Part shown: positions 57,782 through 64,000 of the stretch, piece after piece
How the letters are laid out: each line of letters starts with the position of its first letter
How positions within the stretch are numbered: position 1 is the first letter of the stretch
DNA from: a virus
Taxonomy: Duplodnaviria; Heunggongvirae; Uroviricota; Caudoviricetes
Strand: one strand, 5' to 3'
DNA: 64,000 nt
Virus record (IMG/VR): IMGVR_UViG_2721755676_000001
Program-made: the position numbers and the translations under genes
The notes under the pieces: generated by a model
Database searches by the model: none
The model's input: only the letters and a program-made list of their open reading frames with translations
What the model was told of the DNA's origin: nothing

Positions 57782-59100
57782 AAAAGTTGATCGCACTTAA
57801 GCATAAGCTGGACGAAATGAAAGCTATGGGAACCAATGCAAAAAAAGAGGCATTGGCCAACATGGATGACTTTGAACAAAGCATGGTTTCATTGATGCTC
57901 AACCCTTTCATCCGTTTTGGGGTAAAGAAATACAAAGTGGCAGAGCCGCTTAGTGAGTCCATCCCAAGTGACGAAAAAGCCATTGATGTACTGAATAAGC
58001 TGGCCTCTCGCGAGCTAACGGGGAACGCAGCAATAGCAGCTGTTGAGTCTATCGTGGCGTCAATGTGCGCCGATGGGCAGGACGTGTTCCGTCGTTTCCT
58101 CTTAAAAGACCCGAAAGCAGGTGTTGGGATTAGCCTATGCAACAAGGTTTTTGAAAATCCCATTCCGAAATTCGAGGTGCAGCTGGCGTCAACGTATAAA
58201 GAAAAAGGCGACAAATACCCCTTCAAGCCAAATCCTAAAGCAAAATGGCCGATGATTGGCAGTCTTAAGCTCGATGGTTTGCGAGTAATTTGCGAGGTTA
58301 TTGTTGACGAGGAAGAGGTTAACTTCCTTTCTCGTACTGGTAATCCAATCACGTCTCTCGATCACCTAAAGCCAGCCATGCTCGAATTAGGCAAACTTTC
58401 AGGCCACAAACACATCTTCTTCGATGGCGAAGGAACTGCCGGTTCATTTAACCAGTCCGTATCTGCATTGCGCAAAAAGAACGTGCAGGCAATTGGCGCT
58501 ATTTATCATATTTTCGACTTCTTCCTACCGGAATGGCGAGCACAGGCTAAATCCAAAGAGTATGCAAAGACAGGTATGAAGCTGAAAGAGCGCCTGGCTA
58601 TGCTGGTGGCGTTGTTCAAAAACGATCGCAGTGAAGGCTACACACAAGACATTCACCTGCATCCGTTCTATATCATCCATAGCCACGAAGACTTCATCGA
58701 ACGCTTCATGAAACGCCTGGACGATAACGAAGAAGGGGAGATGGGCAAAGATCCGAACTCTGTTTACGAGTTTAAACGTACCCGCAGCTGGTGGAAGTTA
58801 AAAGACGAAGATTCAGAAGATGGTGAAATTATCGACTTTGAGCCGGGCGATCCGGACTCTGGTTTTGCCAACACGCTTGGAAAAATTGTTATTCGCCTTG
58901 AAAACGGTGTGATTGTTCGTGCGAGCGGCATTAAGCATAAATATCTGGACGAGATCTGGAACAACAAAGAGAAGTACCGTGGTCGTATTGTCGAGGTTCA
59001 TTGTCACGAGAAAACACCTGATGGCAGCTTACGCCACCCACGACTGAAATGGCCGCGTTGCTTACGCGATACCGAAGATCGAATCGGAGATAAAGAATGA
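57778..59100 (+). CDS. ATP-dependent DNA ligase
   Basis: Adenylation motif I KLDGLR (MIGSLKLDGLRVI); 440 aa. Confidence 0.75.
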   Translation: MKKLIALKHKLDEMKAMGTNAKKEALANMDDFEQSMVSLMLNPFIRFGVKKYKVAEPLSESIPSDEKAIDVLNKLASRELTGNAAIAAVESIVASMCADGQDVFRRFLLKDPKAGVGISLCNKVFENPIPKFEVQLASTYKEKGDKYPFKPNPKAKWPMIGSLKLDGLRVICEVIVDEEEVNFLSRTGNPITSLDHLKPAMLELGKLSGHKHIFFDGEGTAGSFNQSVSALRKKNVQAIGAIYHIFDFFLPEWRAQAKSKEYAKTGMKLKERLAMLVALFKNDRSEGYTQDIHLHPFYIIHSHEDFIERFMKRLDDNEEGEMGKDPNSVYEFKRTRSWWKLKDEDSEDGEIIDFEPGDPDSGFANTLGKIVIRLENGVIVRASGIKHKYLDEIWNNKEKYRGRIVEVHCHEKTPDGSLRHPRLKWPRCLRDTEDRIGDKE

Positions 59101-59312
59101 TCGTATTAAGTAAAAGGGAGAAAGAAACGCTTCATGAAATCAGTAAGTGGCCGGAGTTCCCTGAGTACTGGAAGCCTAAAACGCGAGCTAAGTTAGAGCG
59201 TTTAGGGTTGGTTGCAAACGTTTCTGAAACGTGGTGCTCGGCCAACTACCAGTTAACTGATAAAGGGAAAGTATTGCTACAGCAATTAGTAGAATCAGGA
59301 GTGTTAAAATGA
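59097..59312 (+). CDS. small winged-helix-like protein (71 aa)
   Basis: ATGA overlap with ligase; KLERLGLV pattern. Confidence 0.4.
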   Translation: MIVLSKREKETLHEISKWPEFPEYWKPKTRAKLERLGLVANVSETWCSANYQLTDKGKVLLQQLVESGVLK

Positions 59313-59461
59313 TTCCATACATCTCATTAGCTTTTATGGGTGGCTTCCTTATCGGCTTCGGCATCTGTCGTGATTTAATTAAGCAGGAACTTAAAACCAA
59401 AACACTGTGCATCGGAAAGCGTGTGTATCGGGTAGTTCATGAAACAAAGGTTAGAAAATGA
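59309..59461 (+). CDS. small membrane peptide (50 aa)
   Basis: ATGA-coupled ORF with one hydrophobic helix; below the ORF-track cut-off. Confidence 0.3.
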   Translation: MIPYISLAFMGGFLIGFGICRDLIKQELKTKTLCIGKRVYRVVHETKVRK

Positions 59462-59748
59462 GCAATTTAACTTCTTGGGACTGGTGGTTGGCCACCTATT
59501 TCTTAGCGGCCGGAGTCGCATTCGCCTTTTACGTAGGTCAGTTAGTCGTAAAACTGCTGCTGATTAAATTTGCCAGTCATAAACGTATCGATGATGGTCT
59601 GTGGCGTCTTGGCACCCTGGTGGAAACTCGCTACGGGCAACTTAAGGAGAACGAAACCATTACTATCCAAGCGAAACGGTTCACTGCCACCATCACAAGA
59701 ACACCTAGTCGTAGAGTGGCATTGATCAAAAAAGTCACAACCGAATAA
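59458..59748 (+). CDS. small membrane protein (96 aa)
   Basis: ATGA-coupled; N-terminal TM helix; terminator-like palindrome GATAAGTA..TACTTATC + TTTT downstream. Confidence 0.4.
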   Translation: MSNLTSWDWWLATYFLAAGVAFAFYVGQLVVKLLLIKFASHKRIDDGLWRLGTLVETRYGQLKENETITIQAKRFTATITRTPSRRVALIKKVTTE

Positions 59749-60138
59749 AAACATATTGATAAGTATTTACTTACTTATCTTTTATGTATAAGATGACTTT
59801 GTTTTCGTTGAGACGCGACTGTTTGAACTTAAATACAAGTGCAAACGAAGAAGTCTATCTGGCAGTAGCCTAATAAGCCAAACACCAGCGAGGTCAGTTT
59901 CCAGCCTCGTTACCGAAATGGGACACACTGAGCGAGTGTGATTGCAGAACGCAGGAGGGAACATGAATGTTCCCTCCGATGAAGTAACAGAATGGGCGGT
60001 TGGTATATTTTCAACTCCATATGACTCCCGGATTCTTAGCCACTGACCGCCCATCCTGTTACGTCATTTTGTTCAATTATGTCGTTTATACTGGGTTAAA
60101 AAGCGGCGACGTAGCCCGGCTGGTATGGTTAGCCAGCA

Positions 60139-60260
60139 CACAACGTTGAGGCCATTACATTTTTATCAATTCTAAGGTTCTATTCACAGAGATACCGGCG
60201 AGCGTTGATATGTAACATGTTGGGCAAACATTCAATCGGAGTAGTGGCCTCAACGTTGTG
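60139..60260. repeat. long inverted repeat: 16-bp perfect arms CACAACGTTGAGGCCA / TGGCCTCAACGTTGTG around about 90 nt
   Basis: Perfect complementarity; related arms at 61087-61164. Confidence 0.5.
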
Positions 60261-60526
60261 AAGACAGGATTGTTGTGTAGGTTTAACCACTGTTGCCATT
60301 GGTGCCTGTTTTCACAACAAATGATTCCATACATCACATTGTATAAATTACAAAGTAGGTGCTGTCCTCAGAAACATCATCTACTTAAAGATTTTGCCTT
60401 CTACTATTGAGCGAAGTCGAAAGCGTCTGGCACTAACGAAAAGTGCAAGTAGCGGTGCGTTTCCTGGCAGAAACTAAACCGTTGCGATTGGCACTGTTGA
60501 GTAATAAATACTGGCAGTGCTGAATT

Positions 60527-60601
60527 GATGGTGTAGCTCAGCGGTAGAGCAGTTGGCTGTTAACCAACTGGTCGGTGGTTCGAATCCACCCACCATCGCC
60601 A
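60527..60601 (+). tRNA. tRNA-Asn (anticodon GTT)
   Basis: Canonical cloverleaf with T-loop TTCGAAT and 3' CCA; sequence differs from chromosomal E. coli tRNA-Asn as recalled. Confidence 0.9.
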
Positions 60602-60606
60602 ATTTA

Positions 60607-60693
60607 GGGGAGTTAGTCCGTAGGGGCAGCGGAGTAGACTGTAAATCTACTGTCATGGCGACTCGGGTGGTTCGACTCCATCACTCCCCACCA
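60607..60693 (+). tRNA. tRNA-Tyr (anticodon GTA)
   Basis: Class II tRNA with long variable arm, anticodon loop CTGTAAA, 3' CCA. Confidence 0.85.
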
Positions 60694-60697
60694 AATT

Positions 60698-60773
60698 GCC
60701 GGTTTAGCTCAGTTGGTAGAGCGCCTGCCTTGTAAGCAGGATGTCAGCGGTTCGAGTCCGCTAACCGGCACCA
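60698..60773 (+). tRNA. tRNA-Thr (anticodon TGT)
   Basis: Perfect cloverleaf with anticodon loop CTTGTAA, T-loop TTCGAGT, 3' CCA. Confidence 0.9.
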
Positions 60774-60845
60774 ATACAACGATAAGATCATTACGGTTAA
60801 TCGTCGTTCATGTGCACAATGACTGGTCGAAAGGTAGTGATCTTA

Positions 60846-60995
60846 CCGTTGTGGTGGATTCGCAGACTGATGCGATAGCTTTCTTGGATGTTAGGGAAAT
60901 GCGGCCGCAAATCTTCCCTTTCGCGAGCGGTGATCGTCCGTAGTCCTAATTGGCTGCACCGTATGCCGGAGATTCAGTACCGGCCACCACAACGG
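60846..60995 (+). ncRNA. structured RNA-like element between tRNA-Thr and tRNA-Ser (function unknown)
   Basis: 12-bp closing stem CCGTTGTGGTGG/CCACCACAACGG around internal hairpins; ends 2 nt before tRNA-Ser; no canonical tRNA fold. Confidence 0.3.
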
Positions 60996-60997
60996 CC

Positions 60998-61084
60998 GGA
61001 GAGTAGGGAGCATGGTGCTCAAGCGGTCTTGAAAACCGTCCCATTGCGCAAGCGATGATGGTTCGATTCCATTACTCTCCGCCA
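60998..61084 (+). tRNA. tRNA-Ser (anticodon TGA)
   Basis: Class II tRNA with 3-bp D stem, long variable arm, anticodon loop CTTGAAA, 3' CCA. Confidence 0.85.
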
Positions 61085-61086
61085 GA

Positions 61087-61164
61087 CACAGCGTTGAGCG
61101 GTTTGGCCTTTTAATCACCCAGATTAAGACTCCGCTAACATAAACCAGACCGCTCAACGCTGTG
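61087..61164. repeat. long inverted repeat: 16-bp perfect arms CACAGCGTTGAGCGGT / ACCGCTCAACGCTGTG around 46 nt
   Basis: Starts 2 nt after tRNA-Ser; arms resemble those at 60139-60260. Confidence 0.5.
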
Positions 61165-61241
61165 ATAGACAATTACGGCAGACGTTCTTAACCATAGCTT
61201 GCTAACATCCTAGCAACACTTTTTTCAGCGCAAAATTCAAA

Positions 61242-61260
61242 GGGGCTTCGGCCCCTTTTT
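61242..61260. terminator. bidirectional intrinsic terminator
   Basis: GGGGC ttcg GCCCC with A-run upstream and T5 downstream; abuts the stop of the minus-strand gene at 61262. Confidence 0.65.
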
Positions 61261-61261
61261 G

Positions 61262-62158
61262 TTAATGATTATCTAGGTATGCTATTAACTCATTTTTAAT
61301 GATAAGTGAATATTCTAAAATCTCACCTAGTAAATATTCTGCTTTTTTAAAATGCCAACCCATATAGCCTAATTTTTCTGAAGGTCCTTCTAACAACATT
61401 ATAATATCGCTGTCTTTCTCTTTGGCAATGTATTGTCTTATTTCTATCTCAAAATTATTTCTTGTCTTCCCACTTATTGATGATTCATCCAAAACTTTAG
61501 TTATAAACTTTTCCGTGTCGATGAACTTTCCTGCATTATGCACAATTGTATGTCTTAGCAGCTCAATTAAAGTGATCTCGAAACGATAGTTTTTACCTAT
61601 CTTGTTATTTATTTCTACGTCTCTAAAATTGGGTAACTTTCTTCTAAATACTTTCAGGATTTTTTTTGGTGCTTTATTATTTCTTTTTATCGCATTGTAG
61701 TAGGTTTCCATGTCTCCATTTTGTTCGATCTGAACATTTTTAAATTCACTAGGTTGCCAAAAATGGTCATGAATACTCACTGTATGGGCATATATTTTCT
61801 TAATATAGTCTTCAAACAATTCATATGCTTCGGTTATAACCCATTGATACTGTTTATTTTTTAACACTTCACATAACTTTATCTTCTCTGAAAGATCTGT
61901 TCTAGTATGCCCAATTCCAAATGTTGAACCTGTATATGGATTTGAGCATGTATGGTTTGCTAACGTTGTCCCGCATGTTAATGGGAAAGTATTATTAGCA
62001 TCTAGATTTTGTACGTTTTCAAGTGTATGCTTAAATCGCTTTATGTTGTCTTTCGTTGTAACATTTATATGACCTAACAAGTCACAACGTAAAATTATTT
62101 CATTTCTTAAATCAGTGAATATTTTTTCGACAAAAGAACCTGATGGGTTTTCAATCAT
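61262..62158 (-). CDS. AT-rich hypothetical protein with HEPN-like Rx4H motif (possible abortive-infection-type protein)
   Basis: 298 aa, about 30% GC versus about 50% for flanks; RHTIVH fits R-x4-6-H; stand-alone gene between terminators. Confidence 0.55.
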   Translation of the reverse strand: MIENPSGSFVEKIFTDLRNEIILRCDLLGHINVTTKDNIKRFKHTLENVQNLDANNTFPLTCGTTLANHTCSNPYTGSTFGIGHTRTDLSEKIKLCEVLKNKQYQWVITEAYELFEDYIKKIYAHTVSIHDHFWQPSEFKNVQIEQNGDMETYYNAIKRNNKAPKKILKVFRRKLPNFRDVEINNKIGKNYRFEITLIELLRHTIVHNAGKFIDTEKFITKVLDESSISGKTRNNFEIEIRQYIAKEKDSDIIMLLEGPSEKLGYMGWHFKKAEYLLGEILEYSLIIKNELIAYLDNH

Positions 62159-62333
62159 CTAAACCTCTACGAAAATCTTACCTATAAGACAGTCCTTAAT
62201 GTAATCTGTTTTCTCCACTACTTCAAATTACCTCACAATCTATTGATAGGTGACTACCTACTTACATACAAAGTTGATTTATAGTATAGTCCCTCTGTTG
62301 CGTATTAGTATTTTAAAAGGCATCTGTTAAGTT

Positions 62334-62579
62334 ATGACGATCACTATCTACGGACGAGATAACTGCTCATACTGCAAACGTGCGGTCGAGCTGGCGAAGC
62401 AACTAAAGGGACATGGCTACGGTGATTATAAGTACATCGACATCACCACTGCCGGTATCGATAAGGAAAAACTTAGCGAAATTGTTGGAAAACCGGTAGA
62501 GACTATCCCCCAGGTGCTGATCGATGGCCAGCCGATTGGCGGATACACAGAGATGGCATCTTTCGTAAGTTTCTTATAA
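62334..62579 (+). CDS. glutaredoxin-like redoxin
   Basis: 81 aa thioredoxin-fold protein with CSYC active-site motif near the N-terminus. Confidence 0.7.
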   Translation: MTITIYGRDNCSYCKRAVELAKQLKGHGYGDYKYIDITTAGIDKEKLSEIVGKPVETIPQVLIDGQPIGGYTEMASFVSFL

Positions 62580-62616
62580 GTAAAGGCCACATCTTTGTAT
62601 ATATAGTACATATAAC

Positions 62617-62641
62617 AAAAAAGGCCCATGTGGGCCTTTTT
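62617..62641. terminator. bidirectional intrinsic terminator
   Basis: A6 - GGCCC atgt GGGCC - T5. Confidence 0.65.
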
Positions 62642-62763
62642 CATAACTTCTAGCTAATCACTACAGAGGCTTAAAGACCACTTCACCCTTGCGTTCAGCT
62701 TCAGCTTTAGCAGTCATGAATCGTTTGATCATTTCGACTTTGCTAGCATGGATAGTTTTAAAA

Positions 62764-63318
62764 TCAATCTTCCCTTTGTTTTGGGTAGTGTTGTGTTCGT
62801 ATCGCATAGGAAGCTCCGTCATTTAAATAAGTTAGGCCACGCTCTTGTGTAAATCTCTTCACATATCTCTTGTATGTGGCCATCAGTTCTTCGCGTTCTG
62901 CCGCAAAGAATAAAATCTGTATGCCTTCATTGTCGGCAACTTTGAGCATTAAGTCAACTAAAGTACCGTAAAGGTATTGAAGTTCACCTAAAGTAAGATT
63001 AAAAGACCCTTCGGGTTTGGCAAATACGTTAATTGGCTCTTCCGCTCCAAGAGCAGCATTCTGGAGCTGTTCTTGCTGCCTGTCAAGTTGAATCATGTCC
63101 ACAAAACTAACGACAGATACACACAACCCATAAACATCAGCACCTAACATATTATGCATAGTTTCTGCGGCAACAGGATCTAAAGAAGGAGGGCAAAAGA
63201 CTAAACGGTATCTAGCCTTACGAGCTTCATTGCCAGAGAAAACAAAGTCTATATCTAAATATGACAGATCACCCGGCAATGAAGCCAAACCAGGTGTAAC
63301 CAACTTATGCAAGTGCAT
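62764..63318 (-). CDS. hypothetical protein (184 aa)
   Basis: Minus-strand ORF; a 48-codon ORF with SD overlaps its 3' end (about 62663-62807). Confidence 0.45.
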   Translation of the reverse strand: MHLHKLVTPGLASLPGDLSYLDIDFVFSGNEARKARYRLVFCPPSLDPVAAETMHNMLGADVYGLCVSVVSFVDMIQLDRQQEQLQNAALGAEEPINVFAKPEGSFNLTLGELQYLYGTLVDLMLKVADNEGIQILFFAAEREELMATYKRYVKRFTQERGLTYLNDGASYAIRTQHYPKQRED

Positions 63319-63453
63319 CTGTCTCGAATCCCTCTTTATTAGTATAAGTTGTCTTATTGTACCCTACCAAACGTTTATATGCATTGTTATGTATTATTTT
63401 GATTTTCAATATTACCTCCTAGAACGAAGGGTAGATTTCAAAAAACGCATCCT

Positions 63454-63488
63454 TAATGATTCCATACCTACTATGTATGGAATCATTA
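63454..63488. repeat. 35-bp palindrome with 14-bp perfect arms (TAATGATTCCATAC ctactat GTATGGAATCATTA)
   Basis: About 100 bp upstream of the recombinase-like ORF. Confidence 0.45.
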
Positions 63489-63585
63489 GTGAAAATGAGT
63501 TACTTTTACTCTTGATCCTATAAGAATCTATGCCTAATATACTGTTTACTTATACAGTGAATCGGCGTAACTCGGTGATTGTCAT

Positions 63586-63999
63586 ATGAAAAATAGCTTT
63601 GACAGAGCACGCGCTGCGGAGAACACCTCAAAAGAGGCGATAGAGTATCTCGAAAGAGCATCTCAAATGCAGGCCGTTATGATCTCCCAGGTCAGCAATG
63701 ACATGAGATTCTCGGACGCATTCATGTTATTCACTCGCTTATCTCTGCTGATAACCAGACGTCGGCCAGAGATCGCTGTTCATTGTATTTTGATACATGT
63801 TTTGCCGCACATTGCCGATGTAAAAGTAAGTGACATTAATAGGTTCATGGTGAACCAACTGGTCAACCCACTAATACTGGATGGCAAAATTGTTATGGGC
63901 CGCCGCGTTTTCTCTCTGATGAAGCAGTTCCTTAGCTGGTGCGCCTTCCAGGGGATGATAGACGTGTCACCGTTAAACGATATGTCACTAAACAAAGTT
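63586..63999 (+). CDS. tyrosine recombinase/integrase-like protein, N-terminal part (truncated by window end)
   Basis: Frame open from ATG 63586 to window end; segment VKVSDINRFMVNQLV...GRRVFSLMKQFLSWCAFQGMIDVSPLND resembles the core-binding region of P4-type integrases; catalytic domain not in window. Confidence 0.4.
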   Translation, partial: MKNSFDRARAAENTSKEAIEYLERASQMQAVMISQVSNDMRFSDAFMLFTRLSLLITRRRPEIAVHCILIHVLPHIADVKVSDINRFMVNQLVNPLILDGKIVMGRRVFSLMKQFLSWCAFQGMIDVSPLNDMSLNKV

Positions 64000-64000
64000 G

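Noticed and set aside
60474-61172. Four listed ORFs overlapping the tRNA genes (60474-60656, 60553-60735, 60713-60943, 60891-61172)
   Set aside because: They coincide with well-formed tRNA cloverleaves and structured RNA; several start with TTG inside a tRNA.

Overview
About 3.4 kb of enterobacterial chromosome-type DNA (divergent apbC/mrp and metG, 1607-4898) sits inside a window otherwise filled by a temperate siphophage or phage-plasmid-like element; element-type regulatory motifs occur on both sides of the host genes. Element layout: early/accessory promoter-gene-terminator units with unusual non-coding repeat loci (5.0-10.3 kb); AT-rich cargo island (10.8-14.7 kb); divergent SF2 helicase operon and a paired ParB-like / ABC-ATPase / GNAT-like / wHTH operon (14.1-19.8 kb); packaging and head genes (20.0-28.9 kb); lambda-like tail genes including homologues of M, L, K, I, J and a side tail fibre with a C-terminal chaperone domain (28.9-46.6 kb); lipoprotein and lysis cassette (47.6-49.3 kb); ParA/RHH partition pair (50.9-51.9 kb); GIY-YIG gene; replication module with DnaB-like helicase, primase and ATP-dependent ligase (53.0-59.1 kb); four tRNAs (Asn, Tyr, Thr, Ser) with structured RNA-like elements; an AT-rich HEPN-like gene; glutaredoxin; and a truncated tyrosine-recombinase-like ORF at the window end. 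Two families of short palindromic promoter-proximal motifs recur throughout. No rRNA, CRISPR array or IS element was seen. The best candidate for an undescribed system is the 14.1-19.8 kb helicase / ParB-like / ATPase / GNAT cluster. All protein calls rest on motif reading and recalled family knowledge, not database searches; coordinates of non-CDS features are approximate (about +/-2 nt).
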